A DNA stretch of 44,806 nt, from positions 1 through 44,806 of IMG/VR virus record IMGVR_UViG_3300046336_000021. One strand, 5' to 3'. The notes below the pieces were generated by a model that saw nothing but the letters and a program-made list of their open reading frames with translations, did not search any database and was not told where the DNA came from. Positions 17,308 through 27,267 of this stretch are shown here, piece by piece. The stretch is from a virus. Taxonomy: Duplodnaviria > Caudoviricetes. Both the position numbers and the translations under genes were made by a program. Each line of letters begins with the position of its first letter. Position 1 is the stretch's first letter.

Positions 17308-17628
17308 CTAGACGTTTGCTTCTAAGGCTTTCAAGAAAGTCTTATTGTGCTTAGTTTCTGGTGAGATTCGTTGTGAAAAAACAAGGATGCTATTCAGTAG
17401 CCCCTTGTTTTTTCTGTTTATGAAGCATGTAAATCCATAGTAGGCAACTTCATCAAACACATTGAGTAATATGATGATGTGGTTTACCAATAGTTTATAA
17501 TTGCAGGCTTTTGTTTCCCTGAATCTGGTCAACTGCAAATCGACTGAACGAAACCTTGAAAAGTTCTGTTCAAAGTCGCCTGAACTGAAACCATTTGATA
17601 GGTGTGTATCAATAAATATTTGGTGCAT
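17308..17628 (-). CDS. Conserved hypothetical protein of T4-like phages
   Basis: LLVNHIIILLNVF motif recognised from T4-like phages; own TAAATA at 17650-17655 (-). Confidence 0.6.
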   Translation of the reverse strand: MHQIFIDTHLSNGFSSGDFEQNFSRFRSVDLQLTRFRETKACNYKLLVNHIIILLNVFDEVAYYGFTCFINRKNKGLLNSILVFSQRISPETKHNKTFLKALEANV

Positions 17629-17657
17629 GGGGATTAAATAATATTGAACTATTTAGG

Positions 17658-19337
17658 ATGCGTATGGCAAATATTTTTCGTAAGATTTTTGGATTCTCTT
17701 TTGGTGGTGATGTAAACCCAAACATTCCAACCCCAGTAACTCCATCGAACCTAGATTCGTCTATTGACATTACAGCAACCTCCCATGCGGGTCTTGCTCA
17801 TGCCGCATATACAGGTATCGATGTAAACCAAGTTGCCAATACCGAAAACGAACTTATTGAGCAATACCGACAACTTGCATATGTACCCGAAGTTGATAGG
17901 GCCATTGTGGAAATCACTTCAGAAGCAATCATTGTAGACAAGCAAAAGAAGATTGTCACGATTGACCTTGACGAAATTGAACTCCCTCAAAAAATCAAAG
18001 AAGTCATTGTAGAAGAACATGATGAAGTTTTGCGACTACTTTCTTTTAGCAAAAACGGCTATGAACTTTTCAAGCGGTGGTACATTGATGGTCGATTGAA
18101 CTTCAATGTCTTAATTGACAGTGAAAATCCTAACGCCGGTATTGCTGAAATGCGATATATCGACCCACGGAAGATTAAGCGGGTTAGGGAACTAATCAAG
18201 CAACTAGACCCGGCTACTCAAGTAGAGATGATTCAGGGTGTCAAGGAATACTACCTATTCTCCGACCAAGGGGTTTCTGATATTCGTAATGCTAGCGGTT
18301 CTATCATTATGACTAAGGAAAGTATTGTTCATGTCAATAGTGGCCTACATGACCCATCTACGAATGTAGTCATGTCATACCTACACAATGCAATTCGTCC
18401 ATCAAATAATTTACGGATGATGGAAGATGCAATGTTGATTTATCGACTTGCTCGTGCCCCAGAGCGCCGGGTGTTCAAAGTCTTTACAGGTAACTTACCA
18501 AAGGCCAAAGCAGAGCAGTACGTTCAAGAAATTGCCAATAAGTACCGCAACAAAGTAACCTATGATGTAAACACTGGTGAAATCAAAGCAGACAAGCGTT
18601 ACCTAGCAATGACCGAAGACTTTTGGTTACCTGTTGGTGATGGTGGTCAAGGTATCGGCATCGACACATTACCGGGTGGTGAAGCCGTTGGTGAAACTGG
18701 TGAAAGTGACTACTTCAAGAAGAAACTGTATGAGTCTTTGCGCGTCCCCAACCAGCGCATGACCGAAGAAAATTCCATGTTCTCTAGTGGTACAGAAATC
18801 ACTAGGGATGAGGTTCGGTTCTCTCGCTTCATTAACCTATTGCGTAAGCGGTTCTCTGGGCTGTTCCTAGAAACATTGAAGCGCAATTTGATTCTTAAAG
18901 GAATCTTGGACGAGGCCACTTTCGACAATATTGCCGATGCCATTCGCTACGAATTTCAGGAAGACAACTATTTCAGCGAATCGGTAGAGTACGGGGTCAT
19001 CAATCAGCGCATTGCAATCTTGCAACAAATTGACCCATTTGTAGGCAAGTATGTTTCTCGGGAATATGTGTTCCAAACCATCCTACACTTGACTGAAGAA
19101 GAACGTGATAAAATGATCGTAGAAATTGAACAAGATCGTCAGACTATGATGATGCAAGAGATTCAAGAACAAAACATGCGTATTCAAGCTGGCATTGTTG
19201 CCGACCCTGTGCCAGATCAGCAGCAAGCCGAATCTATTCAACCTATTACTACCCCAATGTTGTCGGAATCTTCGGATGAACGTAACGAATTGGATAAGGT
19301 TGCATTGGGAATCTTGCGCAGTATTGGGGCAAAGTAA
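17658..19337 (+). CDS. 20: Portal protein (gp20)
   Basis: WYIDGR, YIDPRKI, MEDAMLIYRLARAPERRVF, EDFWLP, ITRDEVRF. Confidence 0.96.
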   Translation: MRMANIFRKIFGFSFGGDVNPNIPTPVTPSNLDSSIDITATSHAGLAHAAYTGIDVNQVANTENELIEQYRQLAYVPEVDRAIVEITSEAIIVDKQKKIVTIDLDEIELPQKIKEVIVEEHDEVLRLLSFSKNGYELFKRWYIDGRLNFNVLIDSENPNAGIAEMRYIDPRKIKRVRELIKQLDPATQVEMIQGVKEYYLFSDQGVSDIRNASGSIIMTKESIVHVNSGLHDPSTNVVMSYLHNAIRPSNNLRMMEDAMLIYRLARAPERRVFKVFTGNLPKAKAEQYVQEIANKYRNKVTYDVNTGEIKADKRYLAMTEDFWLPVGDGGQGIGIDTLPGGEAVGETGESDYFKKKLYESLRVPNQRMTEENSMFSSGTEITRDEVRFSRFINLLRKRFSGLFLETLKRNLILKGILDEATFDNIADAIRYEFQEDNYFSESVEYGVINQRIAILQQIDPFVGKYVSREYVFQTILHLTEEERDKMIVEIEQDRQTMMMQEIQEQNMRIQAGIVADPVPDQQQAESIQPITTPMLSESSDERNELDKVALGILRSIGAK

Positions 19338-20920
19338 TGACACAGTTGACCAACAATCATATCCTAGTTGCTGCCTTGGCGTTGGTCGAGGAAAAGCTAC
19401 AAGCTGCTCTAAAGGAAATCGAATCATCTAAGCAAAATCCTGCGGATGTGGTTTCCATTGTCGAATCAGTAGTTGACCATAAGCTAAAATCGATGCCTGA
19501 TATTGGGACCATGTTAGAAGGTGTCTCTAAAGAGATTGATGAAAAATCTTCAACTTCGTCTAAGTTCTATGCAAAAGTTTACAATGAACTATATTCGGAA
19601 TTGCAGACGAAGCAACTTAACGAAGCTATCGAGACACACCATCATGATGATCAGTATGCCCCGAAGGTCGCATTTGAAGAACATCACCATGATGATCAGT
19701 ATGCCCCAATGGATGCATTTGAAACCCATGTAGGCACAACCAATGCCGCTATTGCAACAACCAATTCCCAGACCAATCAGAAGATTCATACTTTGGGGCA
19801 TGCTGTCGTTGGTGAACTGGATGCGCTGCACGGAAAACTTGCAGAGGTTGACAAGAAGCACACTGACGCGAACCAAGAATCTATCGAGACCACGATTCGA
19901 CTAAACAAAGTTGGTGTCGATAGTCTTGCCGAAGAAGCAAAGAAAATCCGCGATGAACATGCTCAAGGGATGACCAAAGTTGATAAGGCCGTAACGGACC
20001 TGAAATCACAATTGGACATGACTAAGGCAAATCACAAAGATTTTTCTGAAAAGTCTAAGAAGTCTATCAAAGAATTGACAACAAACTTGTCAAATCACAC
20101 CCACGACTTTGCAGCAACCAATCACAGCCATCCAGAATACCTCACAGAAGCCCATATGAGGGCGTTGAACGACAATATTAGTTCGGTTGATAGGGAACAT
20201 AGCAACAGCATCGAAACGCTGTCTAAAGCCCTTTCTACAAAGGCTGATGATACCGCCGTACTCAAATCGACTGATATTGATTCGATTAAGGATGCCGTTA
20301 CAAAGACCATTCAGGACTCTATCAAGATTCCTAAAGATGGTTTGGGGTGGGAATTCAAGCAACACCCACAGCGCAAGGGTACGTTGATGTTGAAGCGGGA
20401 GGACAAAAAGACTTGGGAGAATGTTGTCTTGTTTAACGATAGCATTATCAACGAGATGATGAGTGCTATCAACAATATGCACCGACAACCAAATCAGTCA
20501 TTCATTGGTGGCGGCGGAGCAGCATACCAAGACCCTAGGGAAATTATTAGTCAAGGTTCTTTGAATGACTTGATGGACGTTGATACAAAGACATTACAAC
20601 CAACATCCAATGACATTTTTATGTGGGATGCCTTGTCTAATCAATGGGTTCCTAGAACGATGCAAGACCTCGCTGCACTTATTATCCCGATTTTGGAAAA
20701 CGATATGCAAAAACAATACAACAAACTTGTTGACCAGATTGACCCAAGTACCATGTATATTGGCGAGGCAATCCCCGGCGCAGCAACCAGCGCAGCAGAA
20801 TGGCGCATCAAGAAAATTACAGAATCTCCAAGCGGTGATATTTCAATCCTTTGGGCAGATTCAACTGCGGACTTTGTAAATACATGGGATGCTAGATTAA
20901 CCTATACATATTCCATCTAA
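19337..20920 (+). CDS. Hypothetical coiled-coil / fibre-like virion protein
   Basis: Long helical region, HHHDDQYAP duplication, HxH motifs, GGGG linker, C-terminal YIGEA.PG..TS...WRIKKI domain. Confidence 0.5.
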   Translation: MTQLTNNHILVAALALVEEKLQAALKEIESSKQNPADVVSIVESVVDHKLKSMPDIGTMLEGVSKEIDEKSSTSSKFYAKVYNELYSELQTKQLNEAIETHHHDDQYAPKVAFEEHHHDDQYAPMDAFETHVGTTNAAIATTNSQTNQKIHTLGHAVVGELDALHGKLAEVDKKHTDANQESIETTIRLNKVGVDSLAEEAKKIRDEHAQGMTKVDKAVTDLKSQLDMTKANHKDFSEKSKKSIKELTTNLSNHTHDFAATNHSHPEYLTEAHMRALNDNISSVDREHSNSIETLSKALSTKADDTAVLKSTDIDSIKDAVTKTIQDSIKIPKDGLGWEFKQHPQRKGTLMLKREDKKTWENVVLFNDSIINEMMSAINNMHRQPNQSFIGGGGAAYQDPREIISQGSLNDLMDVDTKTLQPTSNDIFMWDALSNQWVPRTMQDLAALIIPILENDMQKQYNKLVDQIDPSTMYIGEAIPGAATSAAEWRIKKITESPSGDISILWADSTADFVNTWDARLTYTYSI

Positions 20921-20936
20921 TTTTGAAAGTTTTATT

Positions 20937-21131
20937 ATGAGCGACAAGTTGACCAAAGAAGAAGTCCAAGAAATGTTTAGCTGTATGTTTTCCGACATTG
21001 GTGCGCAGATTGGCGATGTTCTACATTGCATCGTGACTCAGGAAATCGCATCCCATATGGATAGAATTACGCAATTGCAGGGAATTTTAGGGGGTACTTG
21101 TACTAATGGAGTTAATCAAACACCTAGTTGA
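20937..21131 (+). CDS. Small hypothetical protein
   Basis: 64-aa ORF filling the gap on the coding strand. Confidence 0.4.
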   Translation: MSDKLTKEEVQEMFSCMFSDIGAQIGDVLHCIVTQEIASHMDRITQLQGILGGTCTNGVNQTPS

Positions 21132-21438
21132 TAAGACTACAGGAAAAGTCCCAAGTGGCACGAAAAGGTCATCTAAATGGCCTACTGTCAGAAAGCGTCA
21201 TTTAGAAAGAAACCCAACATGTGCCGTATGCGGAGGAATCGAAAAAATAGAAGTCCACCACATCATACCATTTCATATTGACCAAAGTAAAGAACTAGAC
21301 GCATCAAACCTTATTACGCTTTGCGAAGGAAAGAAATTCGTAAACTGTCATCTGATGTTTGGGCACCTAGGCTCATACAAAAGTCTAAACCCTAACGTGA
21401 TTTGTGATGCCTCTATCTGGCATGACAAATTGCAATAG
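21106..21438 (+). CDS. HNH endonuclease
   Basis: CAVC..EVHHIIP..NLITLC..CH. Confidence 0.85.
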   Translation: MELIKHLVDKTTGKVPSGTKRSSKWPTVRKRHLERNPTCAVCGGIEKIEVHHIIPFHIDQSKELDASNLITLCEGKKFVNCHLMFGHLGSYKSLNPNVICDASIWHDKLQ

Positions 21439-21511
21439 ACTAAATACCAAGTGACCTTGACACTATAAAACAAGGAAATAAATTTATTTCACAACAATTA
21501 AGGAAATTACT

Positions 21512-22408
21512 ATGTCCGCACATATCAATCAAGAAGTCGAAATCCTATTTCAATGTATCGCAACTACTTTCGGTGACGAAATTGGTCAAGCTGTTAATGA
21601 AAAAATTGCCGCCGTTCTAGCCATCGAAGGCGTTGACGTTGCTGCTCTTCAAGCTCAAATCGCAACATTGAATCAGTTGTTGGCTTCTAACACCTCCGGC
21701 GATACCAATGCTGTACAGAACATCTTGTCTGCACTTGCTGGTCTATCCACTCGTGTTGATTCTTTGGAAGGTTCCACTGCTGTAGCCACCCTACAAGCCG
21801 CTGTAGCTGCTCTCCAAGCTCAACTAGCAACCGAAACTCAAGATCGTCAAGACGCTGATGCTGCCATTAACGCCAACGTAGCAACTTTGCAAACCCAAGT
21901 GGATAATTTGTCCACTAGCTTGGTAAGCATTCAAGCCGCTATTGACCAACAATCCAATGGCGGTGGTGCATGTGATTGTGCCGCAATTGCTGCATCTATT
22001 GCATCCTTGTCTACTAGCGTAGCTAACCTAGAAGCCAATGACGCAGACCAGACCGTTAAGATCACTGCCCTACAAGCTGCGGTAGAAGCTCTTTCCGTTC
22101 AAGCTGCTGGTATTGCTTCTGCTGTTGCGGTTGCACAAGCTGCTCAAGCCGCTGCTCAAGCCGCTGCTATTGCCGCTGCTGCTGCTCAAGCCACTGCATC
22201 TGGCGCTGCTACTGCCGCCGCCGCCGCAGGTGCCGCTGCCGATGCTGCTCAAGCTAGCGCCGCTGCTGCCGCTGCCGATGTAGAGGCTGTTAAAGCCGCT
22301 ATCCGTGGTGTAAACTGCGTTATCGTTGGTTCTACCTTCCGTACCGCCTTGCGTGGTCGTATGGGTTTAGCATTGGGTCAGAGCAATGGCACTGGTAACA
22401 ACGGCTAA
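21512..22408 (+). CDS. Ala-rich coiled-coil protein, probably structural
   Basis: Heptad pattern and poly-Ala tract; AAGGAA SD, TAAATA 21441-21446, downstream hairpin. Confidence 0.6.
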   Translation: MSAHINQEVEILFQCIATTFGDEIGQAVNEKIAAVLAIEGVDVAALQAQIATLNQLLASNTSGDTNAVQNILSALAGLSTRVDSLEGSTAVATLQAAVAALQAQLATETQDRQDADAAINANVATLQTQVDNLSTSLVSIQAAIDQQSNGGGACDCAAIAASIASLSTSVANLEANDADQTVKITALQAAVEALSVQAAGIASAVAVAQAAQAAAQAAAIAAAAAQATASGAATAAAAAGAAADAAQASAAAAAADVEAVKAAIRGVNCVIVGSTFRTALRGRMGLALGQSNGTGNNG

Positions 22409-22424
22409 TCAATAGCGTTGAGTA

Positions 22425-22455
22425 AATAAAGGGTGGCATTTGACCACCCTTTATT
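22425..22455 (+). terminator. Probable intrinsic terminator
   Basis: AATAAAGGGTGG...CCACCCTTTATT inverted repeat. Confidence 0.6.
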
Positions 22456-22470
22456 ATTGGAGAATCCATT

Positions 22471-22656
22471 ATGTCATTTTCTGTAGCCACAACAAAAGAA
22501 CAGCGACAAGTGCGTTTAGACATTTGTGTAGAGTGTGAACATAAAATTGTTTACCTAGCAATTGAGGCGTGTGGTCTTTGTAACTGTCCTTTGGGTGGCA
22601 AGACTTTGTTAACCCATGCAAAGTGCCCTGCCAATAAATGGCCCGTATTGGTCTAG
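22471..22656 (+). CDS. Small Cys-rich protein
   Basis: RL.IC..C...C..C.C...K......CP..KW; GGAG SD. Confidence 0.7.
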   Translation: MSFSVATTKEQRQVRLDICVECEHKIVYLAIEACGLCNCPLGGKTLLTHAKCPANKWPVLV

Positions 22657-22689
22657 GGATTAAATATTTGATAGAACTTTGGAAACCCC

Positions 22690-25275
22690 ATGACAACCTT
22701 CGCAATCACAACTACAACTAACGTCACATCCTTAGTAGGAAAAGGTGGTCTGGATACCTATAACGTTAATGGTGGAAATCTTACCATAGATTCTGACACC
22801 CGATATGGCCCAAATACAACACCCGCAACCGGCCCATTTGGTAATATTAACTTATCAGCAACCCTTGGTGGGGTATTGAATATTAGTGGGTTGAATTGTA
22901 AACTAATTCCATTTGATATTGGTTTTGGTAACGTACCTGCCGCCGGTACTACGATTTCTCGCAACGGCGTTAGTGCTGAATTGTTGTGTGTTATGGCTAC
23001 TAGGGTTGGCGGCACAGTTACTGCCGCCGGTGCTACTATGCCAGTATCGGGTTGGATGAAAGTTAGAAACGTCACCGGAGGGAGTTTTAGTGCTGGTGTA
23101 TTGACTGGTATTGGTGCAATCGCTACTGCGCCAGAAGAAACTGGGTGGATTGAGGTTGTCGGCGTAGAGACAATGATCGTTACTGTCAACAGACTAAATT
23201 CTCTGAATGTTACTGGTGCGTGGTTTTCTGTAGGTACAACATCGGGTGTCCGTGGACAAACCGTGCAGCTACCTTCGTTTGGGTCTGGAGTTACAGTTGT
23301 TGGTGGTGTGGAGATTGAGACAACGCCGGGTTCTGGGGTCTATAAGTTTTGGGCCAATGCTGGTAACCTATTTTTAGGTTCTGGGTTGAGTACAGATAAC
23401 CGCAGTCGGTATGTTGGTATTACTGATAATAATTTGATGACTATTGGTACTGGTCGGGATTCCGCTGCCGCAGGTGACCTACCCCCATCTGGATGTAATA
23501 TTAGAATCCCAAACATTATTTGTAGCAGCACTAATTCTACAGTAGGATATGCGACAAACGTAGTCCCAAGCGGAACTATTGGAACCCGCTATGAAACTGC
23601 CACATCTAGTTCTGGTGTTGTAAACTTAGACAAAGTTACTGGTACGTGGTATTGGAATATTCAGCAGCCATATTCTATCAATATACAAAATGTGCATAGT
23701 TGTGAACAAGTTGTCGTTTCCGAAACTTCTACCCCAGTAATTATCAATAATTTGCATGTAGGTTGTAGTAATCAGTCTACCCCATATGCATCTAATGCAA
23801 TCGTCCTTCAACAGTGTTTGAATGGTGGGACTGCGACAAATATTAGTGGTCTTAGAGCACAGCAGATTTCTACAGCGGGTTATGCAATCTACTTTGTGAA
23901 CTTGTATGGTGGTTGGACATTGAATGGTATTCGTGGTCAATTTGCGTCCGATGCCACTGCACTTGCTGGTCCTGTGTTTTTTAATACTTGTGATAGCCTT
24001 ACTGTGTCTAACATAGAATTGGTTGGTAAGCGGTTGATTATGTCAGCATGTACCAATTGGACGGTTACTAACGTTTACTATGCAGATAACCCAAAGGCGA
24101 TTACAGGTTCTACAGTACCAACGCAAGCCATTGAGCTAATGTCTGGTTGCAAGAATGGTGTTATCACCAACATTGCAAATTGGGTTGGCGTTGCCAACGT
24201 CCACGCGTTTAGTGGATTAGTTTATATGAACACATGTTTTGATATGTTAGTTACGGGAATTGGTAGTTCCGTTGCACCCTATGAGTGTGGTACGGTAACC
24301 AGTTTCCGCAGTGGCTATTTGTATGCCGATGGTGGATTGAACAAGAACATTAAGTTCCAACGGAATTGGTTGACAAATTTGCGGATTGGTTTGACAAGTT
24401 CAACCAATACCACTCAATCCGTTCGGTTGCAGAATTGCTACAACACCGATGCGTCGTTGACTCAAGGGCCAAACTGGTATAACAGTACCGTTCGAGGTAA
24501 TCGACAAAACAGTGGTACGGTCCCTACATCATACACCCACGTAGATGGAATGCACTTCTGGGATTCTTTCACAGGTGATACGACAACTAGGGTTAGCTTG
24601 GTGTTCACCGAAAAATCTCTAACTACGGCAAGTGCATACACAATAGATAGTGGTACACCGAAGTTCACTAGCACCGGCTACTTAACGATGCAAACTGTCG
24701 GGGACCAGATTACATGGACGCAATCATATTTTATGCTTGGTTGGACTGGTTGTACATCTTTTGCAATTACTGGTACTAACGTAGCAACAAACCACCTAGT
24801 CCAGTATGATATGGATAAGGGGTCTGGGTTCTCGGGCACATTCAAGACTTTGAGCAATGCTAACCTAGTTGCCGAAACCGGGGTAAGTCCAACGACTGGT
24901 GTAAAGTTCAGGTTTAGAATTTCATGCCTAACAGCAAATACCGCAAATGTACTTACGTCATTTGCCGTAAATGGGACAACTACATTAGCCATTCAGAATG
25001 CCGCGCTATACCCATTAGACACTACTGGGTTGACAATATCCGGCATTCAGCCGGGTTCCGATGTGGTTGTATATACTGCGGGTACGACTACTGTTCTTGA
25101 CACTGGCGATAGCGTCGGTGGTACGTCATATACCTATTCATACACAACTTCACAAAACGTGGATATTGGGATTATATTGTCGGGGTATAGGCCATATTAC
25201 ATCAGGAACTATTTGCTACCAACCGTGGCATCTACTCTACCTGTATCACAAGAAGTTGATAGAAGTTACGTTTGA
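22690..25275 (+). CDS. Large beta-rich (probable beta-helix) virion/tailspike-like protein
   Basis: T/S/G/N/V-rich with periodic Asn/Cys pattern; TAAATA 22661-22666. Confidence 0.6.
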   Translation: MTTFAITTTTNVTSLVGKGGLDTYNVNGGNLTIDSDTRYGPNTTPATGPFGNINLSATLGGVLNISGLNCKLIPFDIGFGNVPAAGTTISRNGVSAELLCVMATRVGGTVTAAGATMPVSGWMKVRNVTGGSFSAGVLTGIGAIATAPEETGWIEVVGVETMIVTVNRLNSLNVTGAWFSVGTTSGVRGQTVQLPSFGSGVTVVGGVEIETTPGSGVYKFWANAGNLFLGSGLSTDNRSRYVGITDNNLMTIGTGRDSAAAGDLPPSGCNIRIPNIICSSTNSTVGYATNVVPSGTIGTRYETATSSSGVVNLDKVTGTWYWNIQQPYSINIQNVHSCEQVVVSETSTPVIINNLHVGCSNQSTPYASNAIVLQQCLNGGTATNISGLRAQQISTAGYAIYFVNLYGGWTLNGIRGQFASDATALAGPVFFNTCDSLTVSNIELVGKRLIMSACTNWTVTNVYYADNPKAITGSTVPTQAIELMSGCKNGVITNIANWVGVANVHAFSGLVYMNTCFDMLVTGIGSSVAPYECGTVTSFRSGYLYADGGLNKNIKFQRNWLTNLRIGLTSSTNTTQSVRLQNCYNTDASLTQGPNWYNSTVRGNRQNSGTVPTSYTHVDGMHFWDSFTGDTTTRVSLVFTEKSLTTASAYTIDSGTPKFTSTGYLTMQTVGDQITWTQSYFMLGWTGCTSFAITGTNVATNHLVQYDMDKGSGFSGTFKTLSNANLVAETGVSPTTGVKFRFRISCLTANTANVLTSFAVNGTTTLAIQNAALYPLDTTGLTISGIQPGSDVVVYTAGTTTVLDTGDSVGGTSYTYSYTTSQNVDIGIILSGYRPYYIRNYLLPTVASTLPVSQEVDRSYV

Positions 25276-25314
25276 ACATTGTAAATAGTAAACTAAAATA
25301 AGCAAGGAGCTAGT

Positions 25315-26709
25315 ATGGCAAAATTAACAAGTCGCGGTCAACTGATTGTAGGCACCAACATCATCATTGACGAGGTTGCGAGAACTTTTGAACTTCTCGG
25401 GTCTGCCGATGGTTCTACTACTGGTGGATTAATCCCCAAAGATGGCGTAACACTACAGGCTATATATAGCCGATTCATTGATATGTGGCAAACTGCTGCT
25501 TATCAAGATAGCCCATTCCCAATGTATGCATTGGACGTGTTATCGGGTCAGTTTAAGTTTGGTACAGATGGACAATATTACAATAGCTGGAAACCTAAGA
25601 ACGATTCTACTCGCAATATGATGCGTGATGGTGGATGGGAAGAATGGTCGTCTTCTTCTGCACTGCCAGCTTTTACCGCTACCGGAACTTTGAACCGGGT
25701 TTATGTTGGTATTGTTGCACTAGGTACTGTAAATTCCGGTGCTCAAGAGTATTATCAGACTACTGCTAGCGGAACCGCCTCAAACTTCACATATGCTGAT
25801 GGTGCAAACATTGGTGTGCAGGTCTATGGGGATTCTACCAATGGCAACTTCGATACCCGTAGCTACTTCAAGGCCTACGTCCGCGAATATGGCTACAAGT
25901 ACAAAGACTCTGTTCTAGCCGATACTGGTAAGACTGCAACTGGTGCGTACATTGTTAACATGTTGCTGTCTAATGAGCAGGATGCTAAGATTATTGCCGC
26001 AGATGCTGCTCTAACTGCTGCACCTTACACTGGCATCACTGTAACCTACTTTGCAACAAACCAATCCCAAACTGTTGGTTCTGGTAGCTACCCATTCCGG
26101 GTAACCATTGATGGCAATGGTGCAACCCTAGAGCAAATCTATACAAAGGTTCAGTATCTATTGCGCCAAAACGTAGATATCGATTCTGGTGCTGGTACAG
26201 TCATTGGTAAGACTGCCGCATTGCTAATGTCATTCTTGGGTGATACATTGTATACCACTCAAGGCGTATATATCACCAACGTAAACAGCAATGACATTAA
26301 CCGGGTTGTGTTTACTGACCAAAACAACGTTCAGCGCACATTCCCATACACATCGTCTGGTTCTTTGATTCCTAACACCCCTCTAATCGGTACAGGAAGC
26401 TACTACCGCATGTTCTTCACATCGCTACCCGGTGTATTGGATGACTTCGGTGAATCTGGTGCTTTGACAGTTAACGACGCTTTGGGTCAACCTATCACTG
26501 GGGCTTTCCCAACAGGCCCAGTAACCTTTAGCTACGACTATGACGGCAACGTGCAGGGTGGTCGCACGGCAGGCACCGATGCCAACGTGACTATTATTGC
26601 GGGTCGTCCCGGTGCCGCCAAACCTGTACAATTTGGTGCTGTTATTACCCGCGCAAAAGGCATTAACGTGTCATTGGTGGCAGAGCAAGACCGCGCATAC
26701 CTACCATAA
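25315..26709 (+). CDS. Putative virion structural protein
   Basis: 464-aa beta-rich ORF; AAGGAG SD; TAAATA 25282-25287. Confidence 0.55.
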   Translation: MAKLTSRGQLIVGTNIIIDEVARTFELLGSADGSTTGGLIPKDGVTLQAIYSRFIDMWQTAAYQDSPFPMYALDVLSGQFKFGTDGQYYNSWKPKNDSTRNMMRDGGWEEWSSSSALPAFTATGTLNRVYVGIVALGTVNSGAQEYYQTTASGTASNFTYADGANIGVQVYGDSTNGNFDTRSYFKAYVREYGYKYKDSVLADTGKTATGAYIVNMLLSNEQDAKIIAADAALTAAPYTGITVTYFATNQSQTVGSGSYPFRVTIDGNGATLEQIYTKVQYLLRQNVDIDSGAGTVIGKTAALLMSFLGDTLYTTQGVYITNVNSNDINRVVFTDQNNVQRTFPYTSSGSLIPNTPLIGTGSYYRMFFTSLPGVLDDFGESGALTVNDALGQPITGAFPTGPVTFSYDYDGNVQGGRTAGTDANVTIIAGRPGAAKPVQFGAVITRAKGINVSLVAEQDRAYLP

Positions 26710-26760
26710 CCGGAGTAAAGTTGTGCTGTTAAATAGTGATAGCACCACTTTAGAATAAAC

Positions 26761-27234
26761 ATGGCATACACGTTTGACGGTCCATCTAAAATCATATCAC
26801 TATCCAGTGGCACTGTAACAATGAGTGTCAAGGATTTGTGGTCGCGTTGGGTTGACTGGTATCTTACTTCGGACAATGGAAAATACCTACCTGCTATGGA
26901 GCAAGTCGGCGGTCAAGTCATTTCCGTTGCAAACAGTTCATTTGTTCCTGTTTATGTTACTCTTATAAATGGGTGGAAAATCCGTCCACAAGAAGCAAAC
27001 CACACTTTGATTGTGAACGAGGGTGTATTGATTTCTTCCGATAACATATCGCCATTTGTAAACACAATTGGTGCATATAATGTACAAGTAAATTTCCAGC
27101 AACCTATCGAGGCAATTTCAATCACTACTGCTGCGACAGGTACGGACTTGACTGACATTTACACACAGCTTATTACGATTCAATCGGCATTAGATAAGGC
27201 ATTGACAAAGACCCAATATATTGCTTTAAGCTGA
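26761..27234 (+). CDS. Putative virion structural protein
   Basis: DLWSRWVDW..DN.KYLPA..GG..NGWKIRPQEA; TAAATA 26730-26735. Confidence 0.5.
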   Translation: MAYTFDGPSKIISLSSGTVTMSVKDLWSRWVDWYLTSDNGKYLPAMEQVGGQVISVANSSFVPVYVTLINGWKIRPQEANHTLIVNEGVLISSDNISPFVNTIGAYNVQVNFQQPIEAISITTAATGTDLTDIYTQLITIQSALDKALTKTQYIALS

Positions 27235-27267
27235 TTGGTAAATACTAGGAATTATTAAGGAATTTAT

